62,332 nucleotides of DNA. It comes from Chloroflexota bacterium (GTDB taxonomy: Bacteria; Chloroflexota; Dormibacteria; Dormibacterales; Dormibacteraceae). Positions 35,681 through 44,919 of this stretch are shown piece after piece. The translations under genes were made by a program, and so were the position numbers. Location: NCBI GenBank assembly GCA_005879945.1, contig VBHX01000184.1:1-62332 (forward strand). The letters run 5' to 3'. Positions within the stretch are counted from its first letter, which is position 1, and every line of letters begins with the position of its first letter. Under the pieces are notes generated by a model, which searched no databases, had not been told where the DNA came from, and was given only the letters and a program-made list of their open reading frames with translations.

Positions 35681-36652
35681 ATGGAACGAGTGACCGACCA
35701 GGGGGCGACGCTGAGGAAGGCGCTTGCTCTCACCTGCATCGTCCTGGCGGTCGAATTCGCCGGCGGGCTGGCCTCGCACTCCCTGGCGCTCCTTTCCGAC
35801 GCGGGCCACGTCCTGACCGACGTTTTCGCCTTAGGCCTGGCCTGGTTCGCCGTCGAGCAGGCCAAGCGCCCCGCCGACCGCAAGCGCAGCTACGGCTACC
35901 AGCGGGTGAGCATGCTGGCGGCGCTGGTCAACTCGGTGGTCCTCATCGTGATCGTCATCGCCATCGCCATCGAGGCGGTGCATAGGCTCGAGAACCCTGT
36001 CCCTGTGCAGGGCGGGCTGGTAATGATCTCCGCCCTGGTCGCCATCGCCGTGAATGCATTTGTCGTGCTCGGCCTGAGCGGCCATGGCAAGAACCTGAAC
36101 ATGCGCGCCGCGCTCCTCCACGTGACCGGGGACATCGGCGCGTCATTCGGCGTGGTCGTAGCCGGGGCTGTCATATTGATCACTGGCTGGCTGTACATCG
36201 ATCCGATCCTTTCGTTGGGGATCGCGGCGCTCATCGCGTTCGGTGCGTGGCGGATAGTCCGGGAAACCGTCAACCTCCTGCTCGAGGGCACGCCGCGGGA
36301 GATAAACCTCGGCCAGGTCACCGGCGAGATCGAGGCCACCGAGCACGTGATCGGGGTGCACGACCTCCACGTGTGGGCGCTTTCTTCAGAAGAGATGGCC
36401 CTCAGTGCCCACATCGTCCTGGAGGAATGCCCGCTTGGCGATGCCGAGCATGTCGTCCGCGACCTGGAGAACAGGCTGTGCGGCCGCTTCGACATTGGGC
36501 ACACGACGATCCAGGTCGAGAGCTGCCACCCGTGCGGCGAGATCCATCACGGTGGCGGCGAGCACAACCACCCGCACGAGCACGAGATCAGCCCATCGGT
36601 CGGGCGGGCAGCGCCTCCTCGCGCTCCAGGATCCTCCTCGCGAGAGCGATAG
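35681..36652 (+). CDS. czcD: CDF heavy-metal (Zn/Co/Cd) efflux transporter, CzcD/ZitB type, with a His-rich tail
   Basis: SLALLSDAGHVLTDVFALGLAWFA...RKRSYGYQRVSMLAAL...LHVTGDIGAS and the tail HHGGGEHNHPHEHE. The last ~20 codons overlap the convergent gene. Confidence 0.88.
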   Translation: MERVTDQGATLRKALALTCIVLAVEFAGGLASHSLALLSDAGHVLTDVFALGLAWFAVEQAKRPADRKRSYGYQRVSMLAALVNSVVLIVIVIAIAIEAVHRLENPVPVQGGLVMISALVAIAVNAFVVLGLSGHGKNLNMRAALLHVTGDIGASFGVVVAGAVILITGWLYIDPILSLGIAALIAFGAWRIVRETVNLLLEGTPREINLGQVTGEIEATEHVIGVHDLHVWALSSEEMALSAHIVLEECPLGDAEHVVRDLENRLCGRFDIGHTTIQVESCHPCGEIHHGGGEHNHPHEHEISPSVGRAAPPRAPGSSSRER

Positions 36653-38279
36653 CCGCCGCGTAAGTCGAATCCATCCCGCGATACCTGAGGCCGCGCGCAC
36701 CGAGCGTGCGCGCCTGCGTGTACGGAGTGTCCGAGGCGTAGAAGACGATGCCGAGGTCGAACCCGAGCTTGGCCATGTTCACACTCTCGCCAAGCGGATA
36801 GCGGTCCGGCTGCGTGATCTCGTAGCACGCGTCCAGGTACGGCCCTGCCTCCAGTTCCACGACCGTGTACCGGCCCTGGTAGTACATGTCGAGGTAATCG
36901 CGGTTCTGCAGAAACGTTCCGCGCACCGCGACCGCGCGCTGGTTGTCCAGGGCTGAGCCGTACACGAGGTTGGGCTGGACGTCCGCGGCGGCGATGCTGT
37001 TGTCGAGCCAGTACGTGTTGCCCGAGTGCTCGTTGTAGACGGCGTTGGGGATCATCACGTCGCCGACCTCGGCGTTAAGGGTCGCCGCCTTGCCCAGGAC
37101 GTAGACGCCCGCGACCCACGCGCTGTGCTCTGCGACCTGGCGAAGGATGTGGTACGCGGCCAGACCGAGCGGATAGTCGACGTTGACAATGCAGGCTTCC
37201 GATGCGCGCAGCTTGCTCTCGTCCACCGGGCCGACCCTTGGATCGATCGCTGCCGGGTCAAGTTGCGAGATCTTGAACACCTGCGCGGCCGAGTCGACGC
37301 CGGTACCGCGCGCCGGTACGTGGCGGATGCCGTTGGCGGTCTCCATCTCGGCGCGCCGGCCGCGCAGGCGGCTGCGCTCGGGGTGGAGGTCGAAGAGCTG
37401 CCGTGCCCCGTAGTAGAGCAAGTTGTCTCGCGAGGCGCGGCTGTGGCCGGCCTCGAGCTTGCGCCGCTCATCATCAAGCTCAGGGTCGTTTCTACGTACG
37501 AAGTCGAGAATGTCATCCTCGAACTGCCGCGCCACGCCGGTGAGGACGTTGACCAGGCTGTGCGTGTTCGAGGAGACGAAATAGATCGGCGCTTCGCGAA
37601 CGCCCATCTCCTCCATCGCCGATGCGATCGGCTGCCACCACCGGCTGGCATTGCGCGCGTAGCCGAGGTGGCTGCCCCCGATCAGCCGGATGACGATCCG
37701 GCACTCATCCCGCTTGATGGATGCCAGGATTGACTCGAATTCGTCGCCCCACGCTTCGTGCAGGCGCCGCCAGTCCTCCTCGCCGGCGCCTCCGGCGGAT
37801 CGCGCGTCGGCGTCGTCGAGGGCAACGTCCTGCAGCAGTCGGTGCAGCTTGTTCCACTCGATCTGGTAGGCGACGAGCGTGGGCACGAGGTCGTCGATGT
37901 CGGAGGGTGAGGCGATCAGGACCGCTAGCGTGTCGCCGCTGTGGTACCAGCGGCGCCTGCGGGCAGGGGCCTTCACTGCCTGCCAGCTGAGGATGTCGGT
38001 GCCGAACACGGCCTTGAATCCCTGCGGGCTCTGCCCCATAAGCACGCGCCGGCAGCGAACGATGGCGTTGGGGAGACGGCGCACTGCGTAAAGCAGGGCT
38101 CCCATGTCCACCTGCGGCTCCGCTGCCAGCGGATGCAGAACCGAGCCCATCGCGAGATGCGCGTGGACCAGGGAATCGATCTTGATGTCGCCGGAGCTCT
38201 GCAGCATGGTCGTGTACGTACGGACGTACAGCTCGACCGCCTGTCTGCCCGTCCAGCCGGCTCGTGGAGGCGACTCCAT
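36588..38279 (-). CDS. 563-aa protein with an uncharacterised ~330-aa N-terminal region and a C-terminal nucleoside-phosphorylase-I / AMP-nucleosidase-like fold
   Basis: In the C-terminal part, IVNVDYPLGLAAYHIL...VYVLGKAATLNAEVGDVMIPNAVYNEHS...VVELEAGPY resembles the PNP_UDP_1 core. I recognise no motif in the N-terminal part. Confidence 0.6.
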   Translation of the reverse strand: MESPPRAGWTGRQAVELYVRTYTTMLQSSGDIKIDSLVHAHLAMGSVLHPLAAEPQVDMGALLYAVRRLPNAIVRCRRVLMGQSPQGFKAVFGTDILSWQAVKAPARRRRWYHSGDTLAVLIASPSDIDDLVPTLVAYQIEWNKLHRLLQDVALDDADARSAGGAGEEDWRRLHEAWGDEFESILASIKRDECRIVIRLIGGSHLGYARNASRWWQPIASAMEEMGVREAPIYFVSSNTHSLVNVLTGVARQFEDDILDFVRRNDPELDDERRKLEAGHSRASRDNLLYYGARQLFDLHPERSRLRGRRAEMETANGIRHVPARGTGVDSAAQVFKISQLDPAAIDPRVGPVDESKLRASEACIVNVDYPLGLAAYHILRQVAEHSAWVAGVYVLGKAATLNAEVGDVMIPNAVYNEHSGNTYWLDNSIAAADVQPNLVYGSALDNQRAVAVRGTFLQNRDYLDMYYQGRYTVVELEAGPYLDACYEITQPDRYPLGESVNMAKLGFDLGIVFYASDTPYTQARTLGARGLRYRGMDSTYAAAIALARRILEREEALPARPMG

Positions 38280-38370
38280 AAGTGGGGTCAGTCTAGAGTC
38301 CCGCCGATCCTTACAAAAGCTTTACGCCGAAGCGTGGAAAGCGCACGTCAATTCGCGATGTAGTTATGTC

Positions 38371-39129
38371 GTGATCAAAAACATCGCCACGGTCCGCAAC
38401 GTTCGAGTCCTCGGTTTTGCTCTCGGCGCCGTCGCCATCGCGGCCGGCGCGGTGTTGATGACCGCTTCGGCTGCGGGGCTCAACGTGGGCCTTCTCGCGC
38501 CGAAATCTCCGTCGTCGCAGGTGACGAACGTTGCCGCTGCCGCGCCCGCCACGAGCAACGGCAAAGCTTCGGCCGTGTGCAACGACTTCGTCTCGCACTT
38601 CGCCTCCAACCTGGGTACGAACCAGGCGAAGGTCAACGCCGCATTCCAGAAGGCGATTGAGCAGACGCTTGCCGACGAGGTCAAGAACGGCGACCTCACC
38701 CAGACGCAGGCTGACGCCATCAAGGCGAAGGTGTCCGGCCAGGCGCCATGTGCCTCGCTGCCCGTGGGTGGCAAAGTCCACGGCTCAGACCTGGGCGCCT
38801 ACAAGCAGGCCATGCTCGCCGCCGCGGCATCCGCACTCGGCATCACCAGCCAGCAGCTCATGACGGACCTGGGTCAGGGAATGACGCTGTCACAGATCGC
38901 GGCGGCCCAGAAGCCACCCGTGACCGAAGCGCAGTTTCGCGCCGCGCTGATCGCCAAGCTGACGCCGGTCCTGGACTCGGCTGTGACGGCCAAGAAGCTC
39001 TCAGCCACGCAAGAGAAAGCGATCGTCCAGCAACTGCAGACGGGGCCGATCCCCTACTGGAACACCCCGATGCACAAGGCCAAGAAGCCGGCGACCGCGA
39101 GCCCGACACCGGGCGCGACCGCGACCTAA
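38371..39129 (+). CDS. Secreted or anchored helical-repeat protein of unknown function
   Basis: GTG at 38371, signal/anchor VRVLGFALGAVAIAAGAVLMTASAAG, and repeats such as TQTQADAIKAKV and SATQEKAIVQQL. The longer ORF from 38104 overlaps the divergent gene. Confidence 0.65.
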   Translation: MIKNIATVRNVRVLGFALGAVAIAAGAVLMTASAAGLNVGLLAPKSPSSQVTNVAAAAPATSNGKASAVCNDFVSHFASNLGTNQAKVNAAFQKAIEQTLADEVKNGDLTQTQADAIKAKVSGQAPCASLPVGGKVHGSDLGAYKQAMLAAAASALGITSQQLMTDLGQGMTLSQIAAAQKPPVTEAQFRAALIAKLTPVLDSAVTAKKLSATQEKAIVQQLQTGPIPYWNTPMHKAKKPATASPTPGATAT

Positions 39130-39144
39130 CCGCCGGCGTCGGCG

Positions 39145-39513
39145 TTAGTTGCTCGAGCCTTCCTCGGGCGGGGCGCCGAGCCGGCGCATGAGCTCTTCGA
39201 GGAGCTGGCGGGTCTCGGGGTCGGACATCAGCCGCTGCTGCATCTCCTCCGCCGAGCGGCGGATCTCAGGGTCGGATAGCAGCCGCTCTGACATCGCCTC
39301 GAAGCGCGACGCCATGTCCTTCATTGAGGCTTCCTGGGCCACCTGTATGAGGATGGGCTGGCTGGCCGCGGCGACCACCGCCTCGGCCTGGACGCGCACC
39401 ATCTCGATGCCTTTGCAGCCCAGGCATTCGCCCTTGAGGCCGCAGTGGCAAAGCTGCGGGCGCAGCCGATCGAGGGCCGCGTGAAGCTCGGACATGTCCG
39501 CGGGACCAGCCAT
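39145..39513 (-). CDS. Small 122-aa Cys-cluster protein (CHCGLKGECLGCKG) with a duplicated SDPE(I/T)R helix motif
   Basis: ATG at 39513, 11 nt after the acyl-CoA ligase stop. The longer ORF to 39981 is a shadow inside that gene. Confidence 0.5.
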   Translation of the reverse strand: MAGPADMSELHAALDRLRPQLCHCGLKGECLGCKGIEMVRVQAEAVVAAASQPILIQVAQEASMKDMASRFEAMSERLLSDPEIRRSAEEMQQRLMSDPETRQLLEELMRRLGAPPEEGSSN

Positions 39514-39524
39514 CGATTGGGAGG

Positions 39525-41240
39525 TTACGCCGGTTTCTTTCTGCCCGTGTACATGGCCTCGATCTGCTCCGCGTAGTTCTTCTCGACCGCCCTTCGCTTC
39601 ACGTCCATCTTCAAAGAAAGCTCTCCCTTGGCCTCGGTGAGATCCGATGGCAGGAGCGTGAAGTACTTGATGGTCTCCCAGCTTCCGCGGCCCGCGTTGG
39701 TGGCGTCGACGGCCTTCTGAACGTGCGCCTTGAGGGCGGCTTCGTCGAGTCCCTGCTTGCGTACCGCCTCCCAATCCGGCACCACCAGCGCCGTGACGTA
39801 AGGCCGGCTCTCCCCCACCACGACCGCCCGGTCGATGAGGGGATCGCGCATGAGCTCGAACTCCAGCGGCTGCGGTGCGACGTACTTGCCCACCGCGGTC
39901 TTGAAGAGCGCCTTCTTGCGATCCGTAATCTTCAGGAAGCCATCGGGGTCGATCTCGCCGATGTCGCCGGTGTAGATCCACCCGTCCCGCAGCGTCTCGG
40001 CCGTCTCCGCAGGTTTCTTGTGGTACCCCAGCATGTTGCCCGGGCTCTTGACGAGGATCTCGCCGTCGTCGGCAATCTTCACCTCGACGCCCGGGAACGG
40101 CTTGCCGACTGTGAGGAAGCGGTGCGCGGCGAGCGTGTTGGAGGACGCCCCAGACGACATCTCGGTCATGCCCCAGCCATTGAGGATCGGCACGCCGACC
40201 GCCCAGAAGAACTCCTCGATCTCGCGCGCCAGGGCCGCCCCGCCGCTGATGAAGAACCGCAGTCGGCCTCCGGTCAGGCGGTTGCGGAGCGGCGCGAGCA
40301 CCAGGCGGTCGGCGATGCGGTGCTGCGCGCGCAGCAGGGGCCCCTTCTGCGCCGAATGGCTGAAGGTCGTGCCGACACCGATCGCCCAGTGGAAGAGAGC
40401 TCGGCGGTACGCGGGTGATTCGCGAACGCGAGCCATGACCGCCGCATGCATCCGCTCGTAAAGGCGAGGGACGCTGTTCATGATTGTCGGCTGCACGACC
40501 GGGAGCTCTTCGACCAGATGCTCAGCGCCGCGCGAGATCCACGTTTGGCCGCCGAACAGCAGGCCGATGAAAATGCCGTTGATGCGCTCGAATACGTGCG
40601 AGTAAGGGAGGAATGAAAGCGTCGAGTCGTTTTCGTCCAGCGGAAACACCTTCAGGATCGCGCGCGAGATGTCGACGAGGCAGCGGTGCGCGAGCTCGAC
40701 TCCCTTGGGATCGCCGGTCGTGCCCGACGTGTAGACGATCGTGCAGAGGTCGTCGGGACTGATCGCGGCCAGCCGCGAGTTGATCTCGGCCAGGTGCTCG
40801 GGTGGCCGGCGCAGCCAGCTTGCGACCTCGGACTCCATCGTCACGATGCGCAGCGACCCGTCCGACTCCAGCTTGGACACCATCTGCGAGTCCGATGCGA
40901 TCGCGAGCGCCGGCTCGCTGTTGTCGATGATCTTCTGAACGATCTCGATGGGGCTCGTCGGATAGATCGGCACTGTGATGGCCCCGATGGATTGGATCGC
41001 GAAATCGCACTCGAGCCACTCGATGCGGTTCTCGGACATGATGACGACGCACTCGCCTGGTTTCACGCCGGCGCCAATCAGTGCGGACCCGATCGCGAGC
41101 ACCGCTCGCCTCATCTCCGCCCAGGTCGTCACCGTCCACTTGCCGCCGACGAGGTGATGCACCAGCGGACGATCGCCATAACGATTCGCCTGCCCGAAGA
41201 AGACGCCGACTGTCGAGCGGTCGGCGATGCTGTCGGTCAC
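39525..41240 (-). CDS. Long-chain-fatty-acid--CoA ligase (AMP-dependent synthetase/ligase)
   Basis: AMP-binding motif IVYTSGTTGDPKGVEL, GWGMTE, YTGDIGEIDPDGFLKITDRKK. Confidence 0.9.
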   Translation of the reverse strand: MTDSIADRSTVGVFFGQANRYGDRPLVHHLVGGKWTVTTWAEMRRAVLAIGSALIGAGVKPGECVVIMSENRIEWLECDFAIQSIGAITVPIYPTSPIEIVQKIIDNSEPALAIASDSQMVSKLESDGSLRIVTMESEVASWLRRPPEHLAEINSRLAAISPDDLCTIVYTSGTTGDPKGVELAHRCLVDISRAILKVFPLDENDSTLSFLPYSHVFERINGIFIGLLFGGQTWISRGAEHLVEELPVVQPTIMNSVPRLYERMHAAVMARVRESPAYRRALFHWAIGVGTTFSHSAQKGPLLRAQHRIADRLVLAPLRNRLTGGRLRFFISGGAALAREIEEFFWAVGVPILNGWGMTEMSSGASSNTLAAHRFLTVGKPFPGVEVKIADDGEILVKSPGNMLGYHKKPAETAETLRDGWIYTGDIGEIDPDGFLKITDRKKALFKTAVGKYVAPQPLEFELMRDPLIDRAVVVGESRPYVTALVVPDWEAVRKQGLDEAALKAHVQKAVDATNAGRGSWETIKYFTLLPSDLTEAKGELSLKMDVKRRAVEKNYAEQIEAMYTGRKKPA

Positions 41241-41257
41241 AAGGACGGCGGTCTGGT

Positions 41258-41722
41258 CTATTTGACCGCCTTGATCGAAAGGGTGAGCGTCCCCGAGGGC
41301 ACGCTGACGGTGATCTTGTCTCCCTTCTTCCTGCCCACGAGCGCGCGCCCTACCGGCGAGTCGACTGAGATCCGTCCAGCCGACGGATCGCTCTCGACCG
41401 CCCCCACGAGGTGATACGTCTCGGCGTGGCCGTCAGAGTCGACCACGTCGATCGTCGAGCCTGGTCCGGCGACGCTGGAGTGCGACTCCTTGATGATCTG
41501 GGCCCGCCCGATCATCTCCTGGAGCTCATAGATGCGGCTGTCGAGGAGCCCGACCTCCTCCTTCGCCTGCTCGTATTCGGGGTTGTCCTCGATATCGCCG
41601 GGCTGGAACGCCTCTTTCAGCCGCTCGCCCGCTTCGGCACGCCGCTGCAGCGCGACTTCAAGATCGCGCTTGAGCTTCTCGAGCCCCTCCGGGGTGAGCA
41701 ATACAGGTTCGGTTAGGTCCAA
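41258..41722 (-). CDS. greA: Transcription elongation factor GreA
   Basis: LTPEGLEKLKRDLE...DIEDNPEYEQAKEE...SVDSPVGRALVGRKKGDKITV. Confidence 0.93.
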   Translation of the reverse strand: MDLTEPVLLTPEGLEKLKRDLEVALQRRAEAGERLKEAFQPGDIEDNPEYEQAKEEVGLLDSRIYELQEMIGRAQIIKESHSSVAGPGSTIDVVDSDGHAETYHLVGAVESDPSAGRISVDSPVGRALVGRKKGDKITVSVPSGTLTLSIKAVK

Positions 41723-41752
41723 TTCCCAGCCTTCTGAAATGATAACCGCCGC

Positions 41753-42055
41753 ATGGATCCCTCCGATCTCAGGGCCGAGCTGGCCGATCGGCTGGCCGGG
41801 GCCGGTCCGATCGACGCCGAGACGGTCAACGCCGCGTGCTTCATGCTCTCACGAGCTATTCAGGACATCGATTTCTCGGTGCCGGAAGCTGCGCCGCTGT
41901 TGAGGCGGGTGCTGCGGGTGGCCGGCCGCGTGGTCATCGACACAGGCACGCGGGGCGCCAATCCAGACGACTGGCCCAACACGCAGGCCATGGCGCTCGA
42001 GTGGCTCGACGAGGCGCTGCGCGCGCTCGGCTACGAGGTTCGTCCGGTCAGTTGA
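41753..42055 (+). CDS. Hypothetical 100-aa protein
   Basis: ATG start, balanced composition, no motif. The stop overlaps the convergent TadG-like gene by 8 nt. Confidence 0.45.
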   Translation: MDPSDLRAELADRLAGAGPIDAETVNAACFMLSRAIQDIDFSVPEAAPLLRRVLRVAGRVVIDTGTRGANPDDWPNTQAMALEWLDEALRALGYEVRPVS

Positions 42056-44315
42056 TCAGGCGCGCCGCTGGTGGGGCCGGCGCGTAGTTCGGGTTGAAGT
42101 CGACTCCGACGGCCGCCGCGCCGCTGACGGTGGCTGTCCACGCGATGACCTGGCCCGCCAGAGGTGATCGGTCGCCGCCGGTGATCTTCCAGTCGGACGA
42201 AGGCGTGTAAATGGTGCCGATGTATTGCGTCGCTGCCCCGCCGTTCAGGGTGTTGGAGCATGTGACAGGCGTACCGGGCTGCTGGTAGATGACGATCCAG
42301 TTGTACTGCAGCCCGCTGAAGACATAGGTGGCGCCCTGCGCGTTTTGGGTCATGCACGCGCCGGCGGGAAAGTAGAACTGCACTGCGCCCGGCGTGATCT
42401 TCGCCACAGCGCACGGTGCGTTCGGGTCACCGCCGCTTGTTGGGGACGGCTGGCAGTAGTTCTCGTTCGCCACGTCCCCGCCTGTATAGGGCGGGTATGC
42501 CAGCGTCATAGGCGCGTTTTCCTGCGACAGAGTCGTCGGAGGCGGAATGCAGTTGCTGAAGCACTGGGGGGACCCCTCGTCGTCGGGTGGCTGACAGTTC
42601 TGGGTTCGCACCTGCGCAAAGCACAGGCTGTTCGGGAGGAGCGAGGTGCCTGTAACAGAGCAGATCGTGTGGCCCGGGGCACCGCATGGCCAACCGCCGG
42701 TCCCGCCGCTTAGGACCGCGCCTGATCCGCCGTTCGGATACGGACCGACCGGGGAGCCGCCACTGAATCCTGGAGCGTTGAAGCGGCCGATGAACGAGAA
42801 GTCATTTGTGGATCCGCCAGCGTAAGGGAGGCAGCCGAGGGGGTCGAGATAGACGTTGTAGTACTGAGCCCCCGGAGCGTTCTGCGTGATGCTCACATCG
42901 ATGACCTGGTCCTTGACCGGCGGGTCGACGGTTGCCACCTGCTGGCACGCAGAGGGTGCGCTCTCGCGGTAGCAACCCCCCAGGCACGTCCAGGGCGCGA
43001 ACGCGGCGGACGAGTCCCGGAACGTGTCGTAGCGGACAGAGGTCAGCACGACGCCCCAGCTGCCCGCTCCGAGCCCGCCGTGCTTGAGGCCGTAGCCCGA
43101 GGCCGTGTTCACCGTCAGCGTGAAGTTGCCCGCGCAGCCGGCACTGTTCATGTTCCAGAACTGAGGGTTCGCGATCGCGACCGTCCCGGGGGCTGAGTAC
43201 AGCTGCTCGTCCGGTGCTTTGAGCTCATTCGACAGCAAGCTGCCCGTTGCATCCGACGTGTAGCCACCGGTCCACTGGTAAATGCCCGCGTCAAGGAAGG
43301 CGCATTTAGCAGGCGATGCGCCGCTTAGGTGGAACGTGGTGTACTGACCCGGAAGCATCTCCGTGTAGGTCCCGCGGTTGTCCAGATTGAATGACTGCCA
43401 GTTGTTGTAGTAGCCGATCGAAGGCGCGAGGTAGCCAGGGTCAGGCAGCGACGGAGCGGGGACGACCGGCGCACCGATGGTGTCGCCCGATGCGCAGCCT
43501 CCAACGGGATGCGACGGCGGTGGCGGACCATTGGGGTCGTAGGGCACGAAACCCGGCGACGAGTTGTAGCACCAGTACGACGCTGAGCTGCACGTGGATC
43601 CCGCCGCCCCATAGCAGTTGCCCGCCTCGTTCAGGTTGGCGTCCACGCATGCCTGCCCGTTCGCATAAACGTCGCCGAGCACGGTGAGCGAGCCGCCACC
43701 TTTCATGTTCAAGGAGCAGCCATTTGGGTTGAGCGTCAGAATGGCGGGCGTTTGCCGCTGGTTGCCGACAATCGAGGTCGCGGTGGCCGTGATAGTCGCG
43801 GTCGTCGGGCCACCGAATATCTGCATGAAGGCCAGCGGCAGCTGGTGCGTGGTCGAGAAGACGAACTGGTAGCCGTTGAACTGCGTGTTCGTGGCCACGA
43901 TCGTGAGCGTCAGGTTGCCGGGGTAGTTGTATGTGTAAGTGTCCCGGGGCAGGTTGGCGTTTGGTCCGACCAGCTGGTGAACCCACGTGGGCGCGGGAGT
44001 GCCGGTGTAGATCCGGAGGTCACTCTGGTACAGCGCCACCGAGTTGGGGATCGTCGAGCCGTTCAGATTGCTGTAGTTCTCGTACCAGTCCCCTGCAGCC
44101 AGCGCCGCGGCGTCGACCGCGGTTTGCAGGTCGCGCCGGTCGACGTAGGCCCAGCCTGAGTCGATGGCCAGCCCGAGCATGGCGAACAGGACGAGCAGCA
44201 GCAGTGCGATCAAGACGATCGCCTGGCCCTCCTGCAGCTTTCGCTGGATGGACTTAGTTCGAGTATTCGGCGCGATAGACCGCATAAGCAGTGATGACGA
44301 TCTTGTTTCCGACAA
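42048..44315 (-). CDS. Giant (about 750 aa) TadG-like pseudopilin/adhesin with a TadE/G-like N-terminus and a Cys/Gly/Pro/Asn-rich extracellular region
   Basis: The N-terminus QEGQAIVLIALLLLVLFAMLGLAIDSGWAYVDRRDLQTAVDAAALAAG is the Flp-pilus TadE/G-like signature. The rest is rich in C, G, P, N, T and Y with no TM span. Start ambiguous (44315 or 44285). Confidence 0.75.
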   Translation of the reverse strand: MSETRSSSLLMRSIAPNTRTKSIQRKLQEGQAIVLIALLLLVLFAMLGLAIDSGWAYVDRRDLQTAVDAAALAAGDWYENYSNLNGSTIPNSVALYQSDLRIYTGTPAPTWVHQLVGPNANLPRDTYTYNYPGNLTLTIVATNTQFNGYQFVFSTTHQLPLAFMQIFGGPTTATITATATSIVGNQRQTPAILTLNPNGCSLNMKGGGSLTVLGDVYANGQACVDANLNEAGNCYGAAGSTCSSASYWCYNSSPGFVPYDPNGPPPPSHPVGGCASGDTIGAPVVPAPSLPDPGYLAPSIGYYNNWQSFNLDNRGTYTEMLPGQYTTFHLSGASPAKCAFLDAGIYQWTGGYTSDATGSLLSNELKAPDEQLYSAPGTVAIANPQFWNMNSAGCAGNFTLTVNTASGYGLKHGGLGAGSWGVVLTSVRYDTFRDSSAAFAPWTCLGGCYRESAPSACQQVATVDPPVKDQVIDVSITQNAPGAQYYNVYLDPLGCLPYAGGSTNDFSFIGRFNAPGFSGGSPVGPYPNGGSGAVLSGGTGGWPCGAPGHTICSVTGTSLLPNSLCFAQVRTQNCQPPDDEGSPQCFSNCIPPPTTLSQENAPMTLAYPPYTGGDVANENYCQPSPTSGGDPNAPCAVAKITPGAVQFYFPAGACMTQNAQGATYVFSGLQYNWIVIYQQPGTPVTCSNTLNGGAATQYIGTIYTPSSDWKITGGDRSPLAGQVIAWTATVSGAAAVGVDFNPNYAPAPPAARLIN

Positions 44316-44919
44316 CTTGCTGGATCAACGGAGTGAGCGGCTGGAAGTTAAACCAGAGCGTTACTTTGAGAGGCTCGTTCCCATCGGCCGCAACCGCGTT
44401 GAGGCAACCCGCCGGCGCCGGATTGAACGGCAGCTGGCCTCGAGGGGCGTTTGGAATGTATGGAGGGCCAAGCTGACCTTGATCGCCACCAACGCTCGGG
44501 TCGGTGATGAAGATCCAACCAGTGTTTGATGGCGGCACCTGGGGCGAACCCTGTGGGTTGCCGCCATTGGGGAGGGGGCCGTTGGGGCACGGGTTGGCCA
44601 AGACCTCGGTCACGGCGTGCACCTGGACCGCTGCCTGCACGTCGGAATTGTCCGGCCAGTTGTGTGGGTTCCCGTTTGGATCGATGAAATACGAGGCCCG
44701 CACTGCTACGCGCGCACCTTCGTTGGCAGCTTGCTGCAGCGTGATGTAGAAGTACAACCCGCGGCCGAAGTCGATGATCCCGAACGTGAGCAAAAGGATG
44801 ATCGGCGCGATCAAAGCGAACTCGGTCATGCCCTGTGAGCGCTCACTGTGCGTCCACTCCTGCACGGCGGCCACCGATCGCCTGACGCTGTCTGAAAGCC
44901 GATTGATTCGGTTTCTCAT
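44254..44919 (-). CDS. TadE-like pseudopilin
   Basis: SQGMTEFALIAPIILLLTFGIIDFGRGLYFYITLQQAANEGARVAV. The ATG at 44919 overlaps the upstream stop (ATGA). Confidence 0.8.
   Translation of the reverse strand: MRNRINRLSDSVRRSVAAVQEWTHSERSQGMTEFALIAPIILLLTFGIIDFGRGLYFYITLQQAANEGARVAVRASYFIDPNGNPHNWPDNSDVQAAVQVHAVTEVLANPCPNGPLPNGGNPQGSPQVPPSNTGWIFITDPSVGGDQGQLGPPYIPNAPRGQLPFNPAPAGCLNAVAADGNEPLKVTLWFNFQPLTPLIQQVVGNKIVITAYAVYRAEYSN

Noticed and set aside
38104-38370. Upstream extension of the secreted protein ORF (38104..39129).
   Set aside because: It overlaps the 5' end of the divergent 36588..38279 gene. The signal/anchor sequence starts right after the GTG at 38371.
39514-39981. Long form (278 aa) of ORF 39145..39981.
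   Set aside because: The upstream 156 codons are a Gly/Arg-rich shadow inside the acyl-CoA ligase gene. Only the part after ATG 39513 looks protein-like.
44254-44315. 62-nt overlap between the TadE-like gene end and the TadG-like gene start, as evidence of a frameshift.
   Set aside because: Alternative in-frame starts exist for the TadG-like gene (for example ATG 44285, or later). The hydrophobic TadG signature begins well downstream, so start-site ambiguity is the simpler explanation.
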